NCBI GenBank assembly: GCA_004431415.1
Contig: QPMI01000304.1
Span: 1-56,001, forward strand
Length of the DNA: 56,001 bases
Source of the DNA: Cyanophora paradoxa CCMP329
Taxonomy: Eukaryota > Plantae > Glaucophyta
Direction of reading: 5' to 3'
The position numbers were made by a program, and so were the translations under genes. Below are positions 24,396 through 38,330 of this stretch, one piece after another (within the stretch, counting starts at the first letter, position 1; every line of letters starts with the position of its first letter). A model generated the notes under the pieces. It did no database searches. It was not told the DNA's origin and saw nothing but the letters and a program-made list of their open reading frames with translations.

Positions 24396-26780
24396 CTACT
24401 GCTCGGGGTGCCCACCAGCGGCGGCGAGGTGGCGGATGAGGAAGGGGATGGGGTCCGGCGGCTGCGCCCGGGCGAGCTCCTTCAGGGCGCCGGCGACGAG
24501 CTCGGCGGCGGCGGCGCGGAGGTAGGCAGCAGGCGGCGCCCTGAGGAGCACGTCGTCCCCCGTGCGCTCCTCCGCGAGGGCCGGGTCGAACGGCAGGACG
24601 GGGGCCGTCGGGGCGGCCACCCGCGAGGCGATGTGGCGGGCGAGGAAGAGCGCGGGGCGGGCGGGGCGGGCGGCGACGAGGGCGCGGGAGGCCTCGCGCA
24701 GGGCCGGCGCGGCGAGGGCCTCCAGGTACCTCGCGGCGACGGCGGGGCCCGTGCCGGCCGCCTCCTTCGCCGCCCGCCGCTCCGCCAGGCTGCGCAGCGC
24801 GTCCACGGCCCGCGGGCCCCGCGCAGGCAGGCCGCCCTCGTCGAGCGCCGGCGCGGGGGCCGGGGCGGCCTCCGCGGCGGCGGGGCGGCCTCCGGGGCGA
24901 TGGCGAGGCCGGCCTCCTCCGCCGTCGCCCGCAGGTGCCGCTTCGCGCTCTCCTTGAGGCGCGCCAGCGGCGGCGCCGCCTGCGCGGCCGCCGGCGAAGG
25001 CGCCGCCTCCGTCGAGCGCCGCACCGCCGAGACGCCCAGCGCCGGGTTGTGCGGCGGGAAGAGCGGGAACGGCGGCGGCGGCGGCGCGGCCGCCTTCGCC
25101 GCCGCTGCCGCCGCTGCGGCGGCGGAGGTGCGGGGGGCTGGCGCGATGGCCTGCGGGCCGCGGATGGCGGCGAGTGGGTCGGGCCCCCGCGCCGCCCGGA
25201 GCGCCGCGTGCGCATCCCGTGGGAGGCCCGCAGGCCCCCGGCGAGGCCGCAACGGGGCCGGCGTGTGCGGGGGGCCGTGCCGGCGAGTTTGTCGGGTCGT
25301 CGCCCGGCGCCTCGGGGGCCGCCGGCGGGGAGGCGGCGCGTGCTGAGCGCTCTGCCGAGCCCGGCGGCGGCGTCGCTGCCACCGCACGCTGCGGAGTGCG
25401 CGGGGCGCTGCCGGCAGGTGCCGCCTGCGGCGTTCGCGGCGCGGTGTCGGCGGGGGCCGCCTGGGGCGTGGCCGGGGCGGCGCGCTGCGGCGTGCGGGGG
25501 GCGCTGCCGGCTGCGGGGCCCTGCGGCGTGGCCGAGGCGGAGCGCCTCGGGGCGGGGGAGGCGGCGAGCGGCTCGAGGGCGGGGGCGGGGGCCGGCTCCG
25601 GGGCGGCGGCGGCGGCGGCGAGGGCGGAGTCGAGGCGGGCGGCGGAGGCGGCGAGCTGGGGCGTGGTGAGCGCGGCCGCCGCCGACTGGCCGCCAGCGCT
25701 GCCGCGCGGGGCGGACTGCGGCGGCCGCTGGGACTGGGGCGTGGCGGGGGCGCCCGGACCGTCGCCGGGGGAGGTGAGGGGCGGGGCGGGCGGGGCCGGA
25801 GCGGGGGCGTCGGGGGCCGGGGAGGGGGCTAGGGAGGCGCGGGGGTTGTCGGGGGACTCCTCGAGGACCTGGAAGACCTCCGCCTGTACGCCCCCGTTCT
25901 GCGCCGCCGCATCAGGCGGGGGCGAGCCGCCCGCAGAGCGAGGGGCCGCCGAGCGCCTGCAGGATGAGGGGCGGCGGGGCGGGGGACTCGGGGAGGTCGG
26001 GGTAGTCGATGGGCGGGTCCTGCTGCCGGTAGGAGAGCACGAGGTGCACCATGCCCGCCTTCTGCAGGTCGTTCGGGCCCGTGCCCACCCTCCAGAGCTG
26101 CACAGAATTGAGGGCAAGACGATGTGTGAACATTTCTCTTACAGACAACAAGAGAGCAGGAACATGAGAGAAGCCGGCACCTGATACCTGCGCCCCCGTC
26201 AGGCCGCGGCAGACCGGGTCTCGAGGGGGCCGCACCACTTGTCGGACTGGCGTCCTTCCTCCATGATCGCATTGAAGTCGATGGCGCAGTACCTGCGGCG
26301 CCCGCGGTCCGTCGGCGCAGCGTGGGGGCGGGCCAGCGCCGCCGCCGCGCACGAGATGGTCGGTTCTCGGTCCGGCTCCAGCGGGTCCGTCCCGATGAGA
26401 GCGACCTGCACCGTCCACTTCTCCTCCTACAGGCGTACGCGAGTCACCAACGTGCCGGATGGTCTTGCTAACTTCAGATCGTGGCCCACCTGGTACACCT
26501 CGAACTCCAGCGCCTTGCCCATCTCGAAGGAGTAACCCGTGCCGAGCACGTCGCTCGTCTGCCGCACGCCTCGTCTGTGCTGCGCGTGAGCGGCGCGCGC
26601 ATCCAGTTACCGAGACAGCGGACCCGACACTAATCTGCGCCCGGTAGTTGCGCTCTCCGCCCTCAGAAGGGTTGACTAGGTCCTGCGAGACAGTCGTACC
26701 GGGCGGGCGTGCGAACTAGCGCGGGTGACCCGGACCTTCCCGCCCTCGACCTTGACCGAGACGCGGCCGATAAGTTTCAT
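24396..26780 (-). CDS. Protein with an N-terminal C2 domain and two C-terminal Dpy-30/RIIa-like motifs
   Basis: GRVSVKVEGGKDL...DKWYQLW...GMVHLVLSY (C2-like), a Pro/Ala linker, then YLEALAAPALREASRALVAARPARPALFLA and YLRAAAAELVAGALKELARAQPPDPIPFLIRHL. Confidence 0.65.
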
Positions 26781-26810
26781 GGTAGGGCACGCCGGCGAAC
26801 GCTACGGGCG

Positions 26811-26910
26811 GGCGGTGCAGGGTCGTCGGCAGGCTTAGCTAAGCGCTTTGAAGCCCCCGAGGCGGTGCAGGGACTCGTCGGCAGGCGTAGCTAAGCGCTA
26901 AAGCCCCCGA
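26811..26910. repeat. Imperfect 50-bp tandem duplication in a divergent promoter
   Basis: ggcggtgcaggg...tcgtcggcaggc[t/g]tagctaagcgct...aagcccccga at 26811-26860 and 26861-26910. Confidence 0.85.
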
Positions 26911-27168
26911 AGCCGTGGGGCCCCGACGGCAGCTGGCGTCGTTTTCGGGTCGTAGCTGCAGCAGCGTGCTGCAGAGAGCGTGGCCTGAATGAAGGGGGCT
27001 CGTAAGCTTGGATGGAAGCACGAATCGCTGCTTTCTGACGATCAAGAAAGAATTACGTACCCTAGCTGAGAGCCGCACTGCCGCTCTGCCGCAGCATCGC
27101 GCTTTCCAGAGCTGGGAGCCGCAGCATCCAGTGATCTGGGCGACACGGCCGACCCGCCGCAGGTGGAG

Positions 27169-30118
27169 ATGGCGGGCGACCCGGCCGAGCCCCTGGCGGG
27201 CGACCCGGCCGAGCCCCTGGCCGAGCCCGATGAGCTTGAGGAAGATATACAAGTTAGCGAGCGCTTCAGAAAGCCAGCCGAAATCCTCCTCAGGTGCTTC
27301 CGAGTTGCACCGGTCGCTCCCGCGGCACACGTTTAGGCTCCGATCTAGGCACACGCTATGCGCTCGAGCCCAGCTTGCAATTCTTCTGCTGAATCTCGCT
27401 CAGTTCGCTTCGGTTCATTCCAGCCACAGGCGAGCATCATGAGTGTCGACGGTCGGTTGCCTATGCCCTTCGCGCCCTCATCGAATCGGATTCTGCAAGG
27501 TGATCATTAGCCGCTGCCGCTTGTAGCGGTCCTGGGCCCGAACCGGCCCCAGCCGCCTCTCGCTTCGGTGGCTCACACCCGCGCAGCCGCCCAGTCTTCC
27601 CCACTCTGGATCACGATCTGGATCCCATGACGGAGCGTTGGCTTGCCACGGAGCTAGCTCTGCCTGCTGAGAACAGGAAAACGAGCGCGGAGCTCGAGAG
27701 CATCTTCGAGGAGGGCGAGCACTCCGTGCACTACGATGAGGACCAGGAGCCCTCCCCAGACGACTCTTCGAACAGCGATCCCTCATCACTAAACAGGAGC
27801 CGGCGTGGGGATGCGTGCAAAGACACCAGATCGTGGTCTTTCAACTGCTTCGATTTCACGGAGGTGCGCTGCGGCGCTGCGGCGCTTCCGCCCCCATGTC
27901 TCTTCTTTTCCTTTGCCTCTGTGTGCAACAAGCTTAGGCGCGCCATTCCTCCGCGCAGGACCAGCTGCTGTCCCAGATACAGGACATGTTCGACTCTTTA
28001 AACCTTCTGGAGACCTTCAACATCCCCAGAAAGAACTTCCAGCGCTTCCTGGTCGAGATAAGGGATCTCTACCGCTCCAGCAACGCCTACCACAACTTCA
28101 TCCACGCGTTCGACGTAACCCAGGTGCCGCCCCCGCCCACCGAGAAGCGCGCTGGCTCGGCCCTGACGGCACCGCCAGGCGACCTACACGATGCTCACCA
28201 CGAACGAGGCGGCTCGTTTCCTGCAGCCCATCGATGTGTACGCGCTCCTTGTCTCCGCCGTCTGCCACGACTGCGACCACCCCGTGCGCCCCGCCTCGCC
28301 CCCGTCCGCCGCCCCGCCGCCCCCAACACGCTGAACAACAGGGGTTGAACAACACGTACCAAGTGAACGCGGGGACGGCGCTGGCTGAGGCGTACAACGA
28401 CCAGGCAGTGCTGGAGAACCACCACATCGCCACCGGCCTGCGCCTCATTAAGCGCCCCGACTGCGACATACTCTCCCCGCTCAGCCCCGAGGAGAGGAGA
28501 CACTTCCGCAAGATGGTGCGTGCGCCCCGACCCCCTGCAGGTAGCCCCGCTGATCGCGCCCCGCCCGCGAGCAGTTTATCCACAGCATCCTCTGCACGGA
28601 CATGAGCAAGCACGTGGAGCACACGCAGAAGCTCTCGTGCCGAACGATGTGCGCAGGGGCCGCTGCGGGGGGCGCCTGCGGGGGGCACGGGGCGGGCTGA
28701 GCGGGGGAGCGGGCAGGGCGCTGAAGGAGAAGAGCTTCGGGACGGGGGCGGAGGTGTCACTGGAGGACCGGCTGCTGCTGACGTCGTCGCTGCTGCACGC
28801 GGCGGACATCTCCAACGTCGTCCGCCCCTTCGCCACCTGCCGCCAGTGGGCCGAGCGCGTCGCCGCCGAGTTCGCCTCCCAGGTGCCGGCACCTCGCCCC
28901 GCCCGCCTCGCCGGCGCCGCCGGCCGGGCCTGAGCGGGTGCGGGGCCGGCAGGGGGAGCTGGAGGTCTCGCAGGGCCTGCCCCGCACTCCCTTCACGGAC
29001 ATGAGCGACGCCACCGCAATACACCGCATGGAGCTCAACTTCATCGACTTCATCACGGTGCCCCGCGCCCGCCTCCCCCCGCTGAGCGCCTCTCCCCCCG
29101 CTGAGCGCCTCCGCCCCTCCAGGCGCCGTTCTTCACGGCGCTGCGGGGCCTGCTCCCGACCCTGGAGGAGGTGCTGGAGAGGATGCGGGAGAACAGGCAG
29201 CTCTGGACCGAGGCCCTCGAGGCGACGTTCGCCTCCAGGGCCGCCGGGCCCGACGAGGAGGACATGCGGGTGCGCCGCCCAGCGCCCCGCCGCCGCCTCC
29301 GCTCCCGCCCCGCTCACCCCTCTCTTCCTCCCCCCGCAGTCGCGCTGGAGGAAACGAAGCGTCACGTTCGAAACGGTGGGCGGTCCTCCCCTGCCCCTCG
29401 CCCCCGCGCCCGCTGACACGCCGAGGGCGCGCAGTTCCTGCAAGCGCAGCACGCGCAGCAGGCGCAGCACGGGGGGTCCACGTTCGTGTCGCCGTTCCCG
29501 TCCCGGTCACGGGGCCGCGGGCGGGCCGGCTCGGGCTCGCGGAACCTCTGGGTGCCGTCGGGCTGCGGGGAGCGCGTGAGCCCGAACCCGGGCTGCGGCG
29601 AGCGCTGCGAGGAGGCGTCGGAGGCGAGCACGAGCCGGGCGGCGATGCGGCGCCACAGCGCCTGCGCCGCCATCGAGTCGGCCGCGCTCGGCGACGGCGG
29701 GGACGACTTCGGCGGGGAGGACTGCGACCCCGACGCGCCCCTCGCCCGGCCCAACGGCGGCTGGGTCCGCCGCGCCTTCTCCGGGGCAATGCCGCGGGCC
29801 CTCCCGCGCTCCCCCTCGGGCCCCGCCCCCGCGTTCCTCCAGAGCATCCGCATCGCACACGGCGCCGGCGACGGGCCCGGGGACGGCGACGGGGGGCCCG
29901 ACGCGCCCCGCCCACCCGGCGCCGAGTCGGCGGTGTGGCGGCGGCCTGCCCCCCTGCGCCCCATAGCACCGACCGTCGCCGAGAGCCCCGCCGAGGACTC
30001 TGTCAGCGGCAGCGACTCCCCCGCCCCCGACCCCTCCTCCCTCAGCTTCTTCGAGAGACCCCGCGCCTCTCGCCACTCAGACCCTCCTGCGTCCGCCGCC
30101 CGTGACGCCCCCGGCTGA
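27169..30118 (+). CDS. Class I 3',5'-cyclic nucleotide phosphodiesterase; start uncertain
   Basis: AYHNFIHAFDVTQ, AVCHDCDHPGLNN, YNDQAVLENHH, ILCTDMSKH, LLHAADISN, WAERVAAEF, NFIDFI. N-terminal 24-bp AGDPAEPL repeats. Confidence 0.92.
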
Positions 30119-30635
30119 CCGTGCGGCCAGCTAGCTGATGCCTGTCAAATAGTGCTCAGGATAGTCATGATCAGCGAGATCTAGATCGCTTAATGTTGTT
30201 GTTTATCAATATTTGGATGTCAGAAGAATCGATCGAAGGCTTCGTTCTTCGAGTGCGACCGGACATCCGCGCGCGCAGGTCTAGCGATCAATATCAGGTA
30301 CGCGACATGTACACGCATGATGTCAGCTAGCTAATAAGCTAGCCAACCAGATAGTGAATCGACGCCCGCGCTCCGCTGCTTTGGCAAATCGAGATCGAAT
30401 CGAAATCTATTGCTCTACCACCCTGGCAGGCAAAGGTGCCACGGTGCGGGCCTTGCCCGAAGGCGCGCCCGTTCCCGCCAGAGCCCTCTGAACTCCAACC
30501 CCAAAGGCGACTCTCATTCTCTACCCCGCCGGGGCTGATCCATACGGTTGGGCTGCGCCGCCTCGGTCAAACGCCACGGAGGGGCGACGGCGCCAGGGAC
30601 GAGCCTGATGTGTGCCGAAGGGCGAAGACGCATGG

Positions 30636-31407
30636 TCATCGAACGCATGCGTACGCATTGAATTCGGGCGAGCTGAAATCTTGAGACGGCGAGAGCTGCG
30701 AGGCATAGCTGCCGGGAAAATCGTGAGCGCCAAACCAAATCATATAACGCGCGCCCGCGCACCCTCGGGGGCCGTATACTTTAATCTGCCGGATATGAGT
30801 GTCCCGCCCGTTCTGGTGGTTCTGCGTGATTGCGATCTGGAGCAGGAACGCGCGTACGTATCTGCGCGAGCGGTCGGACGCGCGTCTTGCGGAGGCGGGA
30901 AGTGCGCACTTCGCGCTCTCTGCCGGCTTCAGCGGGATGGTAATCCAGCCGGACGGCTCTTCAAGCTCCATTAGCTTGATTTCGTGCAAGTCGTGGAAAT
31001 TGGAGCCCGCGCGGATCGATATCTTCTGCGGCGTGTAGCTCTCGTCCAGCTTGTAGTCCGTGAAGATGGCGATTTCCTGCGTGTACGTAGCAACGACAGA
31101 GTAAGCTCGCAGACGGTAGCCACAAGAGCGGGCGCGCACGGAGACCCGCATCTTCTTGTAGAATTGAACGTTGACGAGGTGCGGCTGCGGGCCGTCCGAC
31201 CTGTGCGGCGCGCTCGAATCAGGGAACCTGTAGATCTGCACCGTATTGGAGCTCGCCACAGGACACGCACTGCCAGTATGTGTCGAGGTTGTCGTCGCGC
31301 AGCTGCTCGACGCCATTGCCGGGCTTCGCGGTCGACAAGGACCAAACTGCAAGGTTGCCTATTTCTCTCAAGTCCTGTTCTTTGTGCGGCGGCTCGCTTG
31401 TGCGCAT
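30636..31407 (-). CDS. ANAPC10: Anaphase-promoting complex subunit 10 (DOC1)
   Basis: [69 protein letters not shown]-terminal VR (IR-type) tail. Confidence 0.95.
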
Positions 31408-31526
31408 CTTGCATTCGGGTACAGGACACGTGCTAGCTGACGCTAATAGTCGAACGAACTACCGGCTCGATGGCCGTTTGCGACAGATTGAGGGGTACTG
31501 TGATGGATCGGCGGGGCGGGTACTTA

Positions 31527-31802
31527 TACGAATTTCGTCCCTTTCGTCATGTACGAAAGTTGGACGAATTCGACAAGTTGGACGATGCGCATCGTCCAAC
31601 TTTCGTCCAACTTTCGTCCGACGGTCGGCGCCGGCCCGTTCCTTTCGTCCAACTTTCGTCCAAATTCTTGGGGGTACGTCCAAATTTCGTCCAACTTTCG
31701 TCCCGCGGTCGACGTCGGCGCCGGCCCGTTCAGCGACCGTGTCCAAAGCTGGACAGGCGGAGAGAGGAAAGCCCAAAGCTGGACAGGCGGAGAGAGGAAA
31801 GC
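31527..31802. repeat. Array of 11-bp (CTTTCGTCCAA) units in both orientations, with a 28-bp palindrome and a ~29-bp tandem repeat
   Basis: Palindrome AAGTTGGACGATGC|GCATCGTCCAACTT at 31575-31602. ccaaagctggacaggcggagagaggaaagc occurs twice at 31743-31802. Confidence 0.9.
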
Positions 31803-31974
31803 TTCAAGCCCGGAAGGCGCACAGTCAACGACTCGAGCTCGACATCAACCGCGTACCCCGGCCCGTCGCTCGACTGCTCAAGTCTTGCTTGAAGTCTGCT
31901 TCAGTCTGCTTGAAAGTCTGCTTCAGCTGCCAGGCTGCTTCTCAGCTGCTTCTGATACTGCGGCTCTCTTCGAC

Positions 31975-32373
31975 ATGAGCGTCGTCAGCGCACGAGTGCA
32001 CCACGCGCAGGGCTTGCCGCTCGCCGCGCACGTAGCGCTCCGCGCAGGGGGCCGCCGAGACGAGGTCGCCGGCAACGAGGGGGTCTTCGAGGGGGCTATC
32101 CGCATCGTGCTGGACGAGAGTGAGCGCGCCGGCGGCGCCGCTCTCGAGGTGCTCGACGGCACCCGCAAGGTCCTCGCTGAGGTGCGTGCAACGCCGGCGC
32201 TCTACGTACATACGTATATATGTGCCATACCGGCTGCACTGCGGCAGGGAGATCTCGATCTGGACCAAGGCGAGCAGGAAGCCGAGTTCTGGGTTCCCAT
32301 GAGACCGTCAGGCCGCGTCCTTCTCTCCTTGTCCGTGCAGGTGCCCTTAGGGCTTCTCCATCCGAACTCGTAG
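31975..32373 (+). CDS. Small stand-alone C2-domain protein or 5' gene fragment
   Basis: MSVVSARVHHAQGL...LEVLDG...LAEGDLDL...EFWVPMRPSGRVLLSLSV. Probable intron 32182-32247. Confidence 0.55.
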   Translation: MSVVSARVHHAQGLPLAAHVALRAGGRRDEVAGNEGVFEGAIRIVLDESERAGGAALEVLDGTRKVLAEVRATPALYVHTYICAIPAALRQGDLDLDQGEQEAEFWVPMRPSGRVLLSLSVQVPLGLLHPNS

Positions 32374-32547
32374 GAAGCTTTAAGCATTCGGGTACAGGAC
32401 ACGTGCTAGCTGACGCCAACTATCGGCGCTGGCAACGGGTACTGCCCGGGCGACGACCGAGTAGACTGATCTACGCTTTAAGCTAGATCTAGAGTTGCTT
32501 ACATTAATCTCAATATTCTGCATGTGAAAATAAAATCTTTCCGCGGC

Positions 32548-34306
32548 CTACTTCGCCTTCTTCGCAGACGCGGCGAGACCTCGCAGAGGCGCGACGTAGA
32601 GCAGCCCGGGCGCGGCGAAGGTGACGTGCCTGGCGCGACGGTCAGCAGCGCGTGTATGGGTCGGAGCGGCGCTCGAGGCGCGCACCAGCATAGGATGGCG
32701 CCGTAAACGGCCCGCGGGGCCGGGTGCACGAGGCCGATGGAGAGCTCGCAATAAACTGAGGCGCCGGCGTCGTTGCGTCAGTCGAGAATTGGAAAGGAGG
32801 ACGCCCCGAGGAACGCTCGCCTATGAATAGGACCGCAACTGCCATCACGAAAACCCGGCGCCCGACTTCCCGCGCGACGCGCCCGGGGCTGTTCCACGGC
32901 AGCTCCACGCCTTGCGACAGGTACCCCACTACGCTCCGTGAGCGGCGGGGCGGGCGGGGGAGCGCGGCGGGCGGCGCGGACGGTTGCGTAGCGCCTCTCC
33001 GATGTCGATGCCGGCGATGCCGCCGGCGGCGAAGGCGATGCCGCCGTGCTCGTGGAGGACGGGGAGGGGCACGGTGAGCATGGGGAGGCCCGTGAGGAGG
33101 ACCCCCTTCGCGACCCCCGCGAGGAAGCGCCACGCAAACGTGTCCCCCGGCGGCGGCTGCCCGACCGCCGGCCCCTCCCGCCAGTCGTACAGCAGCACGA
33201 TCGCCAAGCCCAGCAGCCAGCCGCCCACCACGTCCTGCGGGTAGTGCACGCCTGCGCGGCCGGGTCGGGTGGCCGAGCGCAGCGCTGGCCGGAGGGCGGC
33301 GGCAGCGGACCGAGGTAGAGGCGGGATCCGGAGAGCATGGCGACCGCGAGGGCAATGAGGCAGTACCCCCGCGCTCCGGAGGGCGTGTACCCCAGCTGTC
33401 GCGGGGGGAGTCGGGTGCAAGAGCGGGGATGTTCGGCGCGCGACACACCTTGTGCAGAAACAAAGCAGTTACAACAGCCCCTGTGCTGTGACCCGACGGG
33501 AAACTGAACTCCAGCTGGCGCGAGCTTTGAGGAGGGCCAGCCCTGGCAGGAGGCGGAGCGCTGCGGATTCGATGACGAAACGGACCTCGTCAGCGGCGCG
33601 GGGGCGAGTGGCCGTCGTGCTGATCAGCTGCAGCAGGGGCCGGCTCCTCTGGAAGTACGATTTCAGGAGCGAGATGGAGTAGAAGGTCCAGAGGATCAGG
33701 GTGAGGTAGGACACGCCCGCGCGGAAATTCTGGTTCGAGTATCGTCTCAAACGAAGGCACTTTCGGCGGCCGCCGGGCTGAGGCTCCCGCGCACCCGCAT
33801 GCGGCCGAGGCACCAAAGGATGACAAGGACGAAGTACAGCTCGAAGCCCTGCAGCAAGCTGAGAAGCTCACAGTGACATTGGAGCAGATCCCTCGCTCAC
33901 CATGTAGGACAACAGCTTGCACACGCTGCACGAGCCTGCGTCAGCGCGACGACATTGCGCACTGGCAGGTCACGGCTTACGCGTCGAGGAAGGGATTGTG
34001 GGCGATTTGCAGTGAACGTAGAAATCTCAAGCCAGCGCGCTCCAGCGCCTCGAACAGCGCCGGCCGTGCAGCTAGCGCGCCGAAGAACGCGACGGCGAGA
34101 AGGACCGGCACCAACGGGAACGACGGCGACAACACGCGCACATCGTGCGCGCTGTCATCCGCAGCTTGCTTTGAAGCGGCTGCCGGCGCCGCGGCCCCCT
34201 TCTGCTTCGAACCGTCTTGGCTGGCAGCTTTCAATGTCCCCGCCTTTGACTTGGCGGCCTCCTGCTTTTTCCGCCGCGACGCGACGGCGCTCGCTCCGTT
34301 GCCCAT
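32548..34306 (-). CDS. PAP2-superfamily lipid phosphate phosphatase
   Basis: All three catalytic motifs are present: KSYFQRSRP, FSFPSGHS, SRLYLGVHYPQDV. Multiple TM segments. Confidence 0.88.
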
Positions 34307-34459
34307 CGGCTGCAGAAGCAGATACTCGTGGCTGACCGGCCGGCGTCTTCTTGCTCCAGTTCGAATCCCGGGAAGAGCATTTACGGGGAGCGGGGGTACG
34401 TCGTCGGCGCCAAGTTCGCCGTCCAGAGCATTGTTCGAGCGAGCGCTTTTCTCTCCGAG

Positions 34460-35809
34460 ATGCCGCCAAAGTCGAAGGAGACCAAGGCGACAGCCGACGG
34501 CGCGTACGCGTGCGGCGAGATCTGTGGTGGCGTCTTTCGAGGGATTGACGCTCGGCGCAGAGGACACGATCCTCGAGCTGGTTAATCAACAGAACCGGCC
34601 TCTGTCGAGCCAGAACATCATAGACCATCTCAAGCGTGCGCTCTCCTCGTTTGCTGCACGCGGCCGCCGCTCGCTTCCCTGCGCGCCTCTATCTTGAGCT
34701 GTGCAGTGGCGCTCGCTTTGGAGCGCGCCTCGCAGCTGGGCCGTGCGGGCCCTGGTCCTTGATCTATATCGTTCGCGCCCCGCCGTTCGCAGTTGGGAAG
34801 GCGGCTGCGGAGCGCGTTATCGCGAAGCTGGCTGAGACCGGGAAGATCTCCGTCAAGGAATTCGGTATGTGTGTCCCTTCCTCCCCGCCTGAGCAGAGCG
34901 CACGCGTCCGGCGACCGCCTGACAGGCAAATCCAAGATTTATTTTGCGAGGTGCTGTCTGCCGCGCTATGTACAGCAGCGTCCAGCTGTAGGAGCTGAGA
35001 GAATTGCAGGCAAGATCAGTTTGATGCGCCTGACTCGGCCAGCCTCGCGCGGATGGACGCCGAGATCACCAGCCTAACGCAGAAGGCGAGTGTCCCATGG
35101 CCATTCACCCCGCTACGCCATTTTGAAGCGGGCTGATTTTCGCCGTTCTTGCAGCTCGCTCAGGTCACAGAAGAGGTCAAGGAATTGAACGCAGGTGCTG
35201 TCATTCGGTGGATTCGTGCCCGCAACTTTAACTTGCTCCTCTTCGAAGAAATGCGGAAGCTTGGATCGGCCCTAACCCAGCAAGAAATCGCTCAGCGGCT
35301 CGTTGCTCTCCGAGACGAGGTTCGGCGCCTCCTCGGTGCCACACTCTCATTTCTATCTACTGCATGCCGAGCCGCGCCGCGCAGACGGCGAAGAAGCGGC
35401 AGCGACTCACAAAGCTGAAGGACGGCGGGAACACGGTCACTCCGGAGCACAAGCGGGCGGTGGAGGCTGCGTATGCGAAGGCCCGCAACGCGTGGCGCCA
35501 GCGCAAGCGCCTCGTACGCCCCTGGGCCTCGGCCCATCCAGCACATCGTAGCTTCTGCTTCCGCTTAAGCCGCACTTCGCAGTGCGAGGAGATAGTAGGC
35601 CAGATGTGCGAGCTCAGCGGGATGAAGCTTCAGCAAACTATGGTGCCCAACTCTTTATTTGGGGCGCGCTCTCGTATGGTTTTATTAAGCTGCGTACCGC
35701 GCAGGAGTCCATGGGGCTAGAGACAGACGCGGATGCTGGGGTCTCTCTCGGGAACGACCTAATCGACTGCTCCGCGGGGCGAGGCGCGAGCAAGCGGCAG
35801 AAGACCTGA
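34460..35809 (+). CDS. HOP2: Homologous-pairing protein 2 (TBPIP)
   Basis: AEDTILELVNQQNRPLSSQNIIDHL, KEFGKSKIYFARQDQ, a coiled coil, WRQRKRLC, ESMGLETD. Confidence 0.9.
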
Positions 35810-36205
35810 ATGGCGGAACGACCGCGCTGGCGATCCGGACGACGCGAACCGGATCCCCAGTTTAGTATCGGGCTGCCGAATATATAATTAATATTATAAA
35901 ATTAGCAGCGATAGATGTTCTAGCTCTAGGGTCGATGCAAAGCGGCCTCGTAGTCCGCGCGGTTCCCCGAAAGGTTCATCGGTTGTCAATCCAATCAGTG
36001 ACAAGGGCAACTGTGTTTCAATTCAATTCAAAAGCGATCGATCGATATCATGTGAAGCGGACGGGTATCTAGGTGCTTTGGCCGGCGGGCGGAGTGGATA
36101 CAGGGCAGGAGAGGAAGAGCGTCAAGGGGATGCAGGGAGGGCCGAAAAAAGAGAGGAACGGAGGGGGGGATGGGCAGGGGCAGGGGCGTATCAGGCTCGG
36201 GAGGC

Positions 36206-37739
<1,534 letters not shown>

Positions 37740-38330
37740 TGGAGAGCGGCTCCGGGCGTCAGCGCGAAGCACGCGATGTCAACCAATTCGTCGCCGGAGT
37801 ACGAGGAAGGTCGTGGCCCAAGAAGCCTTCAAACGCTAGCGTACCCCAACTACAGTTGATCCCCGCCGAAAGACCTCGGGTGCGGGCTGATCGCACTCCC
37901 GAACCGGCCAGCGTATCGAGAGCTGCAGAGAAATGTCTCTGCGGCTAATCGATGCAGGTGCGGCATGACCGCCCCACCTGCCGTCTCGCCGCAGCGCCTG
38001 CCGGCTAGCTCGATTTCCCCACCGTCCCTCTTCATGCTTTCTCTAGCCGCTGTGAGATTCTCAGGCAACCCCGCTCATGCACGGCCCCGCAGCTGCGTTC
38101 GGTCTTCGTTTTTGCTGGCCAGTCGCAGCGCTCTGTCTGGCCAGCCTAGCGGTTTTGTCGCTGATCTATAAGGTGCATATCGCGCCGTCTCAAAGGCCGC
38201 GGGTGTTTTCTCACGCCGCCGATCGGCTCCTTGTCATCGCAGCTTGTCGAACGCCCCAACCCCATCAACCGCAGAGCGATCAACAAGCGGCGGGCTAACG
38301 GCGCTCAGACCGAACCGGTTGTTCGTGGCC

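Larger units (their letters stand above)
31411..32416. mobile_element. Repeat-bounded ~1 kb cassette (possible insertion or captured segment)
   Basis: Identical 33-bp direct repeats GCATTCGGGTACAGGACACGTGCTAGCTGACGC at 31411-31443 and 32384-32416. Confidence 0.45.

Noticed and set aside
31527-31802. CRISPR-like array
   Set aside because: The units are 11 bp, occur in both orientations and have no unique regular spacers. No cas genes are present and the context is eukaryotic.
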